Source of the DNA: an uncultured delta proteobacterium
Lineage (GTDB): Bacteria > Myxococcota > Myxococcia > Myxococcales > Anaeromyxobacteraceae
Length of the DNA stretch: 64,000 nt
Assembly (NCBI GenBank): GCA_963828255.1
Contig: CAWHDZ010000007.1
Location: forward strand, 32,001 to 96,000
Reading direction: 5' to 3'
The notes beneath the pieces are model-generated. The model was not told the origin of the DNA. It was given only the letters and a program-made list of their open reading frames with translations, and did no database searches. Each line of letters opens with the position of its first letter. Within the stretch, counting starts at the first letter, position 1. The position numbers were made by a program, and so were the translations under genes. Of the stretch, positions 1 through 10,651 are shown piece after piece.

Positions 1-42
1 CGTCGCCAGGGCGAGCGCCCCGGCGACCTGCAGCCGGGTCAC
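1..42 (-). CDS. 5' end of a gene downstream of surE (partial, signal-peptide-like start)
   Basis: GTG at 42-40 overlaps the surE stop (GTGA) and reads MTRLQVAGALALAT off the window edge. Confidence 0.5.
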   Translation of the reverse strand, partial: MTRLQVAGALALAT

Positions 43-797
43 GGGTCGAGCTCCCTGCGGTAGCCGGGGATGGAGAAGCCGGCCATCCCGCCGAGCAGCC
101 CGTCATGGGTCAGGTCGAGGTGGAGCGGGGTCACCGCCACCAGCCCCTCGTCGAAGACGGTGTTGCAGTCGGAGAGGGGGATGTCCTGGTGGCTGGCGTC
201 GCCGCCGATCCAGAAATAGCTGCGGCCACGCGGGTCGAGCTTCTCCACCACCTCGTTGCCGTAGGTCCGCACGCCCAGCCGCGTGAGGCGGTACCCCTTC
301 ACGGGGCCGGCCGGCACGTTCACGTTGAAGAGGGTGGGCGAGGCGGGACGCTGCGAGGCCACGCGCCGGGCCAGCATCGCCGCGAAGGCCGCCGCCGGGC
401 CGAAGTCGTGGGGCTTCCGGGCCGCCAGCGAGACGGCGATGGCCGAGACGCCCAGGAGCGCCCCCTCCATGGCGGCTGCCACCGTGCCCGAGTAGAGGAC
501 GTCGTTGCCCAGGTTGGGGCCGTGGTTCACGCCGGAGACGACCAGGTCGGGCGGGCGTCCGCGCAGGACGTGGTTGAGCGCCAGGTAGACGGCGTCGGTG
601 GGCGTGCCGTCCACGGAGAAGCGGCGTCCCCCCAGGTCCACGATCCGCAGCGGCCGGTGCAGGGAGATGGCGTGGCTGGAGGCCGACTGCTCCCGGTCGG
701 GAGCGACCACCCAGACCTCGTCGTCGGGGAAGGCGGCGGCCAGCGCCGCCAGGCCGGGCGCGTTGACGCCGTCGTCGTTGGAGAGGAGGACGCGCAC
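39..797 (-). CDS. surE: 5'/3'-nucleotidase SurE
   Basis: LLSNDDG, DGTPTD, SGVNHGPNLG and YSGTVAAAMEG motifs. Confidence 0.96.
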   Translation of the reverse strand: MRVLLSNDDGVNAPGLAALAAAFPDDEVWVVAPDREQSASSHAISLHRPLRIVDLGGRRFSVDGTPTDAVYLALNHVLRGRPPDLVVSGVNHGPNLGNDVLYSGTVAAAMEGALLGVSAIAVSLAARKPHDFGPAAAFAAMLARRVASQRPASPTLFNVNVPAGPVKGYRLTRLGVRTYGNEVVEKLDPRGRSYFWIGGDASHQDIPLSDCNTVFDEGLVAVTPLHLDLTHDGLLGGMAGFSIPGYRRELDP

Positions 798-855
798 CCC
801 GGTGAATCTAGCAGCGGGTCGGTCCCCCTGCCAGGAACGGACCTTGGGGGCGGCG

Positions 856-1641
856 CTACCGGCGCAGCCCGGCGAGGAGGACGGCGAGCGCCGCGGCGCT
901 CCCGGTCAGCGCGGTCCACCCCACCACACGGAGGCTGCGGGCCGGCAGGCGAAGCCAGATCACTGCGAGTGAAGCGAGCGCCAGGGGCGCCACCGCCCAG
1001 GGCACGGCGCGGGGGACGACGCCCGCCGCGGAGAGCGCCACCGCCGTCCCCTGGAGGAGCGCCACCCCCGCCGCAGCGGCTGGACCGGGGTCGCGCGCCG
1101 GGGCGCGGGCCCGGGTGAGCACCACCTCCACGGCGAAGGTGGTCGCCGCGAAGCCGAGGGACCAGGCGAGCCAGGCGGCGCCGGCCGCGCCCGGGGTCGC
1201 GCCCGAGGCCACCGCCACGGGGAGGCCGGTGGAGGAGAGGGCGACCGCCACGGCCACCTCGCCGGCCACGGTTCGCTCGAGCTCGAGCCGCACGAGGAGG
1301 GCGATGGCCGCGGCGAGCACCGGCGGCACGGCCGAGGCGAGGCGCGCCTCCGGCGAGGCGAGAAGGAACCCCGCCCCGGCGAGCGTCACGGCGACGGCGA
1401 GCAGCAGGGTGGCGAGGCGCCTGGCGCGGGGGCCATCCTCGGCCCGCGCCCGGCTTCCCCGGTTCCCGGAGGCGACAAGGAGCGGTTCGTAGGACAGGAA
1501 GCCCGCGAAGGCGCCTGCGGCGAGGAGGATGGCGGAGGCGCCCGGGCGCCCGAGTGCCAGGGCGCAGACGAGCGGAAGGGCGATCTGGCCGTAGGCTCCG
1601 TGCTCGTGGGGGAGGAGCGAGCGGCGGGTGGGCGCGGGCAT
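856..1641 (-). CDS. YwiC-like family membrane protein
   Basis: N-terminal LLPHEHGAY motif followed by several hydrophobic helices. Confidence 0.75.
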   Translation of the reverse strand: MPAPTRRSLLPHEHGAYGQIALPLVCALALGRPGASAILLAAGAFAGFLSYEPLLVASGNRGSRARAEDGPRARRLATLLLAVAVTLAGAGFLLASPEARLASAVPPVLAAAIALLVRLELERTVAGEVAVAVALSSTGLPVAVASGATPGAAGAAWLAWSLGFAATTFAVEVVLTRARAPARDPGPAAAAGVALLQGTAVALSAAGVVPRAVPWAVAPLALASLAVIWLRLPARSLRVVGWTALTGSAAALAVLLAGLRR

Positions 1642-1741
1642 GGGTGGCGGATCTAAGGCGCGGCCGGGTCGGCGCCCGTCCCGGGGGGATCACAGTGGCG
1701 CACATCGTCGCACTTGCCTTCGGGCCACCCCGGCCGGAGGC

Positions 1742-1757
1742 TGAGAGGATCATCACG
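1742..1757. promoter_or_regulatory. possible Crp/Fnr-family site
   Basis: TGAGA-N6-TCACG, two mismatches to TGTGA-N6-TCACA, in the divergent ywiC/STAS intergenic region. Confidence 0.25.
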
Positions 1758-1867
1758 AAAATGGCACGAAATAAGGCGTTCGCGACGTTGCCATTCCCCC
1801 CGATCGGACCTATCATCGATCTGTCGGTGCTCGTGGGGGGCCGGCTCAATCAGCGGAGCACACCAGA

Positions 1868-2182
1868 ATGCAATCAGTTCAGCCGGCGAGTCTCGTCATC
1901 CGCATGGATGGCGCCTTCGACATCGATTCCGTGCAGGCGATCCAGAGCCGGATCGAGGGGCTTCCCGGCGACGCGGAGGTCTACGTCGATCTCTCCCGGG
2001 TGCGCGAGTTCCACGACCGGGCCGTCGCCATGCTGGCCGAGGTCCTGGCGGTGGCGCGGGCGCGCGTCTCGGTGCGCGGCCTCCGGCAGCACCAGTACCG
2101 CATGCTCCGCTACCTGGGCGTCATGCCCAGCGCGCTCGATCCCGGCCTGGCCGCCCGCTCCGCCCCCGCCCTCGAGCGGTAG
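1868..2182 (+). CDS. STAS domain protein
   Basis: IRMDGAFD...VYVDLSRVREFHD STAS-like pattern, 104 aa, GGAG upstream. Confidence 0.75.
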   Translation: MQSVQPASLVIRMDGAFDIDSVQAIQSRIEGLPGDAEVYVDLSRVREFHDRAVAMLAEVLAVARARVSVRGLRQHQYRMLRYLGVMPSALDPGLAARSAPALER

Positions 2183-2198
2183 ACCCTCCCGCTTTTCC

Positions 2199-2654
2199 CT
2201 ATCTCCTTCGGATCGCCGCAAGCTCGGCGAAGGGCTCGCTCCTCGGCATGGAGCGAAAGGCCTCCGCCAGGTCCGCGGGCGGCGCCACGGCGCGGCGCGC
2301 CTCCAGGTCGATGAACGAGCCCAGCACCGTGACCAGGGCCATCTCCGTTCCGTCGCCCTTCCAGAGCCTGTGACGGATCGACCAGCGGGACGCGTCGGAA
2401 GCGATCCCGGCACAGAGGGCGTCCACCAGCACCTCCTCGCCGATGGCCGCCTCGCGGCGGTACTCGATCTCCTCGCGGAAGAGCACCGGCCCGAGGTGGA
2501 CCGACTGGAACCGGGTCCACGGATAGCCGAACGAGGCGAAGAGGGCCACCCGCGTGTCGTTGGCGAACTCGGGGTAGGCGGTGTTGCGCAGGTGGCCGTT
2601 CGCGTCGGCGTCGGACCAGCGCACCACGAAGCGTCGCGAGAAGGGGGAGGTCAT
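2199..2654 (-). CDS. acyl-CoA thioesterase (hot-dog fold)
   Basis: VRWSDADANGHLRN motif; ATG at 2654 overlaps the upstream stop (ATGA). Confidence 0.85.
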   Translation of the reverse strand: MTSPFSRRFVVRWSDADANGHLRNTAYPEFANDTRVALFASFGYPWTRFQSVHLGPVLFREEIEYRREAAIGEEVLVDALCAGIASDASRWSIRHRLWKGDGTEMALVTVLGSFIDLEARRAVAPPADLAEAFRSMPRSEPFAELAAIRRR

Positions 2655-4576
2655 CGCGGAGGCGCCAGGTCGTCCCGCGAGCCGAAGAAGTAACGGCCGT
2701 CGAACTGGCCCCGGAGGTAGAAGTTGTACGAGGGTGTGAGCGCCGCGTTGCCGTAGCCTTCCGGGAAGACCACCGGGCTCGTGAAGGGGATCTCCACCCC
2801 GAAGCCGAACTGCACCACGGTGGCGAAGACCAGCTGGGTGGCGAAGGTGCGGAATGGGGTCCACTCCAGGATCGGGAAGCTCAGCGCGATCGACCGGAGC
2901 TGTGCCGCCCCGAAGGTGGACTCCGGTGCGGGCGGCGGGCCAACGGGCACGAGGACCACCACGTCGGAGAGGTAGCCGTAGAGCACGGCGTCCACCTCGC
3001 GCCCGATGACGACCTGCAGGGTGCCGAGGCCGATGCCGAAGCTCCGCTCGTAGGGGATGAGCCCGCCGCTCGCCGCGGCCACCCCCACCGAGCTGAGCGC
3101 GCTCGGCGACACCAGCGCCAGGATGGGTCCCAGGACGAGCATGTCTCCGGGGATGAGCCAGAAGGGCATCCGGATGCCGAGCCGCAGCCCGGTGCGGGCG
3201 GGGACGCGCGGGAAGAAGGCGCTGGTGCCGAGGACCGAGCAGACCGCTCCCCCGTCGCACGCGTCGGTCTGGGCCGACTGCATGGTGATGCCTGCGTCGA
3301 TGAAGGCGAGCCCCGTGCCGACCGATCCGGTCAGGCTCTCCGCGCCGAAGCCGAGCCGCAGGCCGGCCGAGAGCGACCCGTAGAACTGCGCGGTGTCGGT
3401 GCCGAACCCGCCCCAGCCCACTTCCCCGGTGATGGACGAGAAGGCGCCGATGAAGGGGCCGAGCTCCTCGCGGAAGCGGGGCAGGTGGACGTCGCCCTGG
3501 CCCCGGCCGGGCACCGGCATGGCCTGGACGACGGGGTTGAAGTGGCGCGCCAGGCCGTCGGCCCGCGCCACCGACGGCTGGAACTCCTCGATGCAGGAGT
3601 CGAAGCCGAAGATCTCGGCCGCCGGGCGGCCGAAGGAGGTGGCCAGCACGCCGAGCTCGTCGCCCGGGCGCAGGGCGGCCACGAGCTGCTCGAGGCTGAA
3701 CGCCACCGCGTCGGATCCCCGCCGGAGGTCGGCGTCCCGCATGAAGGAGTCGCCGAAGAGGATGATCGCCTCGCCTCCCCAGGTGACCCCGTCGTAGCCG
3801 AACTCGTTGTAGTAGTCGTGCGTTCCCTTGCGCCAGGCGTCGCTCCCCCAGGTGCCGACCACGTGGCCGGCGGCGTAGATGTCCTCGATCCAGTGGAGCG
3901 CGTAGCCCTCGGTGGCCAGGATGCGCAGCGCGGCGTCCGGTCGCTCGGCCGGCGGCGGAGGGTTCGACGCGTAGCGCTGGGCCAGCTCGAGCGCCGCCAT
4001 GTGGTACTGCAGGTACATCCCCATGGCGTTGAGCGGGGCGCCCTCCTTGACCGCGTTGCGGATGTAGGCCGCCCCGTCGTTGTTCACGCGCGGCAGCAGG
4101 AAGTGGGCGTTGTTCGCCCCGGCGCGGCTCACGTAAGCGGGGTCGGCCGCCTGGAGCGCCAGGTTGGAGGTGGCGATGGCGTTCAGCGACTGTTCCCGGT
4201 CGCGGGCCTTGTCCAGGTTGGCCTGGGTCTCCGCGGCCACGCGCGCCACGTCGAGGATCCAGTCGCCGGGGAGCGTTTGCTCGACGACCTCCCTCGGGCT
4301 GCAGGAGTGGTCGGCCGACATGGCCGGGAGGGCCGCGAAGTCGATGCAGCCGGGCCTGAGCCCCTGATCCCCCTCGCTCGTCCCCGGGCAGAGCCGCGCG
4401 GGGAGCACCGCCCGCGCCTCGCTCCAGAGCGCGTCGAGGGCGGCGCGCTCCTCGGGAGGAAGCTTCTGGATACCGGCCACCGCCATGTTGCGGTGCTCCG
4501 GGTAGATCCAGGCGGACGCTACGGCCGGGAGGGATGCCAGGGCGAGGGCGACCCACGGGGCGGGCGACAGGCGCAT
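2651..4576 (-). CDS. secreted protein with a Zn-dependent phospholipase C/P1-nuclease-like domain and a C-terminal beta-rich region
   Basis: Signal peptide ending ASA|WIYPEH; NNAHF, HWIEDIYAAGH and HDYYNE candidate metal-ligand motifs; typical codon bias. Confidence 0.6.
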   Translation of the reverse strand: MRLSPAPWVALALASLPAVASAWIYPEHRNMAVAGIQKLPPEERAALDALWSEARAVLPARLCPGTSEGDQGLRPGCIDFAALPAMSADHSCSPREVVEQTLPGDWILDVARVAAETQANLDKARDREQSLNAIATSNLALQAADPAYVSRAGANNAHFLLPRVNNDGAAYIRNAVKEGAPLNAMGMYLQYHMAALELAQRYASNPPPPAERPDAALRILATEGYALHWIEDIYAAGHVVGTWGSDAWRKGTHDYYNEFGYDGVTWGGEAIILFGDSFMRDADLRRGSDAVAFSLEQLVAALRPGDELGVLATSFGRPAAEIFGFDSCIEEFQPSVARADGLARHFNPVVQAMPVPGRGQGDVHLPRFREELGPFIGAFSSITGEVGWGGFGTDTAQFYGSLSAGLRLGFGAESLTGSVGTGLAFIDAGITMQSAQTDACDGGAVCSVLGTSAFFPRVPARTGLRLGIRMPFWLIPGDMLVLGPILALVSPSALSSVGVAAASGGLIPYERSFGIGLGTLQVVIGREVDAVLYGYLSDVVVLVPVGPPPAPESTFGAAQLRSIALSFPILEWTPFRTFATQLVFATVVQFGFGVEIPFTSPVVFPEGYGNAALTPSYNFYLRGQFDGRYFFGSRDDLAPPR

Positions 4577-4635
4577 CCCTTGCGACTAGCAGGAGCCCGC
4601 GGCGCCGTAAAGCGCCACGGGCTAAGACCTCCGAC

Positions 4636-5832
4636 GTGTCCACGCTCGAGGTCCACGTCCGCTCCAGCATCTCCGACGTCCCGGCCGTCGAGTGGGACCG
4701 GCTCTGGGCCCACGAGCCCGACCGGGCCACGCCATTCCTCTCCCACGCCTGGCTCGACGCGCTCGAGCAGTCCGGGGCCGCCGCCCCGGGAAGCGGGTGG
4801 ACCGGGCGCCACCTCCTGCTCCGGCGCGGGGGGCGCACGGTGGCGGCCCTCCCGGCCTGGTCGCGGACCGACTCTCACGGGGACTTCGGCCGGGACTGGC
4901 AGTGGGCCGCGGCCGCCGAACGGGCCGGGATCGCCTACTACCCGAAGCTCGTGGTCGGGGTCCCGTTCACCCCGGCCACCGGGCGGCGCCTGCTCGTGGC
5001 CGAGGGGGAGGACCGGGGCGAGATGGCCCGCGCGGCCGTCGCCGCCCTGCGCGAGCTCTGCGCCGAGGAGGGGCTCCATTCCATCCACGTCCTCCACCTG
5101 CCGGGCGGGGACGCCCTGGAGCTCGAGGAGGCCGGCCTCGCCCTGCGGGTGGATTTCCAGTTCCACTGGGTGAACCACGGCTACGCGACCTTCGACGACT
5201 TCCTGGCCCGCTTCACCTCCAAGCGGCGCAACGCCATCCGGCGGGAGCGCGGTACCCCGGCGTCGCAGGGGATCGCCATCCGCACCGTCCGCGGCGACGA
5301 GCTGGGGGAGCGGCCGGCGGCCTGGGCGCGGGACGTGGCGCGGCTGCACGAGCGCTCGGTCTCGCAGATGGAGTGGGGGATGAAGTTCCTCGACCGGTCC
5401 TTCCACGAGCGGGTGATGCGCACCATGCCCGGCTCGCTCGAGGTGGTGGAGGCGCGCCGGGATGGGAAGCTCCTGGCCATGGCGTTCAACGTGGCCTCCC
5501 CGGGCCGGCTCTTCGGCCGCTACTGGGGCGCGGTGGAGGAGCACCCCTTCCTGCACTTCAACGTCGCGCTCTACCACTCGGTGGAGGAGTGCATCCGGCT
5601 CGGGAGGCAGGTCTTCGAGGGAGGCGCCGGGGGGGACCACAAGCTCTCCCGGGGATTCGAGCCGGCCGAGGTCTGGAGCGCCCACCACTTCCTCGATCCC
5701 CGCCTCGACCTGCCCGTCCGCCGCCACCTGGCGGAGGCGCGGGTGGCGGCCCGGGAGGGGCTCCTGCGCTGGCGCGCCGGGTCGGCGGTGCTCAGGCCGG
5801 GAGGCGTGCCTCGGGCCGACGGCCCCAGGTGA
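4636..5832 (+). CDS. GNAT/FemAB-like protein (DUF482-type)
   Basis: PFLSHAWLDALE, YYPKLVVGVPFTP, GRYWG, FEGGAGGDHKLSRGF; GTG start at 4636 inferred. Confidence 0.85.
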   Translation: MSTLEVHVRSSISDVPAVEWDRLWAHEPDRATPFLSHAWLDALEQSGAAAPGSGWTGRHLLLRRGGRTVAALPAWSRTDSHGDFGRDWQWAAAAERAGIAYYPKLVVGVPFTPATGRRLLVAEGEDRGEMARAAVAALRELCAEEGLHSIHVLHLPGGDALELEEAGLALRVDFQFHWVNHGYATFDDFLARFTSKRRNAIRRERGTPASQGIAIRTVRGDELGERPAAWARDVARLHERSVSQMEWGMKFLDRSFHERVMRTMPGSLEVVEARRDGKLLAMAFNVASPGRLFGRYWGAVEEHPFLHFNVALYHSVEECIRLGRQVFEGGAGGDHKLSRGFEPAEVWSAHHFLDPRLDLPVRRHLAEARVAAREGLLRWRAGSAVLRPGGVPRADGPR

Positions 5833-6565
5833 GCCGGAGCTCACGGGTCCAGGTCGCACCCCCGGTGCGCAAGGCCAGCGCCCGGGCGTCGGCCAGCAGC
5901 CCGGAGAGCCGCTCGGAGGAGAGCGCCGGCCCCACCAGCGAGAGGGAGCGCAGCACGGCGTCGAGCCGATCCGGGGGGAAGACCTGCTCGTCCCGGAAGG
6001 CCTCGGCGGCCCGTCCGCGCACCCCCGCCGCGGAGAGGAACTGCGACAGGCGCCCGGACGCGCGCGGGCGCGCCTTCGGATTCTCCCGGGCCAGGAGGGC
6101 CACGAGACCGTCGGTGAAGGGGGATCCGCCCAGGTGGGCCTCGACGACCGCCACCGCGCCGCCCGGGGCGAGCAGGCGCCCGGCCTCGCGCCCCGCGGCC
6201 TCCGGCTCGACCCACTGCAGGGCATCGGAGAGAAGGACGAGCGTCGCATCCCCGCCCGGGAGGCCGGTCTCCTCGGCGGACGCGTGAACCGGCTCGACGG
6301 GCAGGCCCGCCGCGCCCTCGCGGAGCAGGTCGAGCATGGCATCGGCCGGCTCGACCGCGCGCACCGCCACCCCTCGCGCGGCGAGCGGGATGGCGAGGAG
6401 CCCGGTTCCAGCCCCCAGGTCCACCGCCGGCCCCGCCCCGCCGGCGAGCGCCGCGAGGCGGTCGACCAGCGCCGACGGGTAGGCAGGCCGGGCGCGGTAG
6501 TCGCCCGCGAGCCGGTTGAAGATCCACCTCTCCGATTCGTCCACCTCGACGCCTCGCCGTCCCAT
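5792..6565 (-). CDS. class I SAM-dependent methyltransferase
   Basis: YRARPAYP and VDLGAGTG motif I. Confidence 0.85.
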   Translation of the reverse strand: MGRRGVEVDESERWIFNRLAGDYRARPAYPSALVDRLAALAGGAGPAVDLGAGTGLLAIPLAARGVAVRAVEPADAMLDLLREGAAGLPVEPVHASAEETGLPGGDATLVLLSDALQWVEPEAAGREAGRLLAPGGAVAVVEAHLGGSPFTDGLVALLARENPKARPRASGRLSQFLSAAGVRGRAAEAFRDEQVFPPDRLDAVLRSLSLVGPALSSERLSGLLADARALALRTGGATWTRELRLTWGRRPEARLPA

Positions 6566-6623
6566 CGTCCAACCTTAGCACCCCGCCCGGCGCGGACCGA
6601 GGGGCGCTGCTAGACTGCGCGCC

Positions 6624-7552
<929 letters not shown>

Positions 7553-7556
<4 letters not shown>

Positions 7557-8314
7557 ACCTCCTGGGGGTCCAGACACTCTTCGTGAAGGAGGTGCGCCGC
7601 TTCCTCCGGGTTCCAGGGCAGACCCTGCTCTCCCCGCTCATCACCACCTCCCTCTACTTCCTGGTCTTCGGCTGGTCCCTGGGGTCCCGCATCCAGGAGG
7701 TGGACGGGGTGCCCTACGCCCGGTTCATCCTCCCAGGCCTGATCGTGCTGGGGGTGGTCACCAACGCCTACCTGAACAGCGCCTCGTCGCTCTTCGTGAT
7801 GAAGCTCCAGGGGACGGTGGTCGATCTCCTGGTCTCGCCCCTCTCCTACGCGGAGATCCTGGGCGCCTTCGTGGCCGCCGCGGTGGCCCGCGGGATGCTG
7901 GTGGGCGGCATCATGTGGATCGTGGGCGCCCTCTTCACCGGGTTCGGGGTGGCCCACCCGGTGCTGGCCTTGCTGCTCCTCGTGGCGGTGGCAGCCGGGT
8001 TCGCCGCGCTGGGCTTCATGACCGCCACCTGGGCGGGGAGCTTCGAGCAGGTGAACTTCCTCCCCACCTTCGTGGTGACGCCGCTCACCTTCCTGGGAGG
8101 GGTCTTCTACTCGGCATCCATGGCGCCGCCGGCCCTGCGGTGGCTCACCCGGTCGAACCCGATCTACTACCTCGTCGAGACCCTGCGCTGGTCGGTGACG
8201 GGGAGGGCGGACGCTCCGCCGGAGGCGGGCTTCGCAGTCGCCACCGTGCTGGCCGGAGGCGCCCTCCTGGCCGCCTACGGGCTCCTCCGGAGCGGCTGGC
8301 GCCTCCGGGGATGA
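7553..8314 (+). CDS. ABC-2 transporter permease (YadH-like)
   Basis: KEVRRFLRV...PLTFLGGVFYS, hydrophobic helices, GTGA coupling to the ATPase gene. Confidence 0.92.
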
Positions 8315-8399
8315 TCGAAACACTTCGGGATTGCCTTCGGGCCGTCGTTGGTTATCCTACGGCACCAATTCAAGGCCCTATTTTCCCGGAGGTTTCCCG

Positions 8400-9209
8400 A
8401 TGCGTCTCGTTCTCGCCGTTCTGCTCGCGCTGTCCGTCACGGCGTGCAAGAAGTCCAATGCGCCGACCCCGGCGCAGGCCCCCGCGGCCGAAGCCCCCGC
8501 AGCCGCGGCCGGCGGCGTGCGCGGGAAGGTCGTCGAGCGCATCGACGCCGCCCCGTACAGCTACCTCCGGATCGCCGGCCCCACGGGTGAGATCTGGGCC
8601 GCCGTGCCGCAGGCCGCCATCGAGAACGGCGCCGAGGTGGTCATCGAGAACCCCATGCCCATGGACGGGTTCGAGTCGAAGACCCTGAACCGCAAGTTCG
8701 AGAAGATCTACTTCGGGACGCTCGGCGGACAGGGCGGCGCACCCCAGGCCGCGGCCCCGGCCGGCGGCGCTCCCAACCCGATGGGCGGCATGCCCCCGGG
8801 CATGATGCCCCCCGGCGGGATGCCCCCGGGCGGGATGGCAGCACAGCACGCCGCCGCGGGCGCGGGTCCGACCGACGTCGGTGACGTGAAGGTTCCCAAG
8901 GCCACCGGCGCCAACGCCAAGACCGTGGCCGAGATCCACGCCCAGAAGGCCCAGCTGAAGGAGAAGAAGATCACGGTCCGCGGCAAGGTCGTGAAGTCGA
9001 ACGCCGGGATCATGGGCAAGAACTGGATCCACGTCCGCGACGGCAGCGGCACCCAGGAGAAGGGCGACAACGACATCACCGTCACCTCCGAGTCGGCCGC
9101 CAACGTCGGCGAGGTGCTGGTGATCACCGGCGTGGTCCGGGTGGACAAGGACTTCGGCGCCGGCTACGCCTACCCGGTCATCATCGAGGAGGCCGTCTAC
9201 GCGAAGTAG
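8400..9209 (+). CDS. lipoprotein with OB-fold-like domains and a Met/Pro/Gly-rich linker
   Basis: GGAGG RBS, lipobox VTAC, IMGKNWIHVRDGSG and DKDFGAGYAYPVIIEEA. Confidence 0.8.
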   Translation: MRLVLAVLLALSVTACKKSNAPTPAQAPAAEAPAAAAGGVRGKVVERIDAAPYSYLRIAGPTGEIWAAVPQAAIENGAEVVIENPMPMDGFESKTLNRKFEKIYFGTLGGQGGAPQAAAPAGGAPNPMGGMPPGMMPPGGMPPGGMAAQHAAAGAGPTDVGDVKVPKATGANAKTVAEIHAQKAQLKEKKITVRGKVVKSNAGIMGKNWIHVRDGSGTQEKGDNDITVTSESAANVGEVLVITGVVRVDKDFGAGYAYPVIIEEAVYAK

Positions 9210-9233
9210 GCGCGCCCCACGGGACTGAAACGG

Positions 9234-9266
9234 GAAGGGCGGTCCGGATCACCCGGGCCGCCCTTC
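9234..9266. terminator. hairpin between convergent genes, probable bidirectional terminator
   Basis: 14-bp stem GAAGGGCGGTCCGG/CCGGGCCGCCCTTC (one G-U) followed by TCCTTT. Confidence 0.7.
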
Positions 9267-9303
9267 TCCTTTCGCGCACCGTACGCCCGGGATGGCGCGG
9301 GGA

Positions 9304-9901
9304 TCACTTCGTCCCGTTGATGAGCTCGTCGAAGGTCTTCTTCACCTTCGCCGAGACGCAGCCCTGGACGGCCCCCGTGAAGCCGTGGGGACGGTGCGCC
9401 CGCCGGGACGTCGACCGTGCCGCCGAGGTAGAACACCAGGTTCCCGTTCTGGAGGAAGTCAGCGAGGTTGTTGTCCGGCCGATGCTGGCCGGATCGTTGA
9501 GGCCCTGGAGCCGGATGGTCATGCAGCCCCGGCCGTGACCGCCACCTGCTTGGTGGTACGTCGTTCGACACCGTCAGGGAGACGCTCGACCGCTGAAGTT
9601 GGCAGCCGTTGAAGGTTGTGCACGTGCTCGTCGCCTGGATGCCGAGGCTGAGGAAACGGAGGATGCGGTTCTCGGGCAGTCCGTCGAGGAGGACGCTCGG
9701 GAAGGGCGTCCTCGAGGATGCCCAGGTCCACCTGTCCGGAGCCGGCCCTGGACGACGGCCCCACGGTCGGGCGGTGCCGTTCCCGATGGTGAAGCTCTGC
9801 GGCAGGAGGGTGAGGCAGGCGAGCGGCTGCTCCGCCTCGACGTTGAAGCTGCCGCATCCGGCGAGCGGAAGGGCAAGCAAAGCGATCGCGATGTTCTTCA
9901 T
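9304..9901 (-). pseudogene. frameshifted hypothetical lipoprotein gene
   Basis: MKNIAIALLALPLAGC lipobox with GAGGA RBS; protein-like segments alternate between frames through to ...TFDELINGTK stop. Confidence 0.6.
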
Positions 9902-9915
9902 GGGAGTCCTCGCTC

Positions 9916-10522
9916 TCAGAAGAAGTACTGGAAGGAGAGGCGTGCGGCCGGCGCGAAGGCCTGGGCCTTCCACGGGTCGGCGGTGACCTGGACGTTGTTC
10001 ACGGTCGCGCTGCCGCCCTTCACGTTCAGCGAGAGCCAGCCATGCCGCCCTCGATCTTGAAGGTGAAGCCGCGACGGCTGCCGAGCCGATGCCCAGGAGA
10101 CCGGACCACCAGTTGTAGCTGGCGTCGCCGATGAGCGGGGCCATCGCGGTCTCGAGCATGCCCGCCCACTTCTTGATCTGGTCGGTCGTGTTGCCCGCGA
10201 AGTAGTAGCCGTACTCCCCGCGGAAGATGGGGAAGACGATGAAGTCGATGGGGCGGAACTCGACCCCGAGCGACGAGGCCCGGCGCGAGGGTGTAGGCGA
10301 AGCCGGCGTCGACGAGGACCCAGTAGAACGGCGAGTAGACGAACGAGAGGACCGCTCCGTCCGGCGCGCCGAGGGCGAGCCTGAGCCCGAACTGGGATAG
10401 GGCTCCTCGACGGGCACCGGCGCCGGGGCGGACCTTGCGGCCGGCGGCACGTCCTGCGGTTCCGCGGAGGCCATGCCGGGGGCGGCGAGGAGGGCCGCGA
10501 GGAGGAGTGGGGCGAGTCGCAT
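9916..10522 (-). pseudogene. frameshifted outer-membrane beta-barrel-like gene
   Basis: Signal peptide MRLAPLLLAALLAAPGMASA; amphipathic strands split across three frames; ends RLSFQYFF. Confidence 0.6.
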
Positions 10523-10651
10523 GGAGGGCTCCGGTTGGAGGCACGGCGACGACGGGGAAGTTTGGCACGCCTCCGCACCGAGAAGAAGGGTCTCCCAGGT
10601 TTCATGTGGGTGAAGCACCCACGACCCGGAGGTGCTACGGTCCCGCCCCGA

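Noticed and set aside
10563..10577. sigma54-like TGGCACG upstream of yaeQ
   Set aside because: The GC is one base short of the obligatory GG-N10-GC spacing
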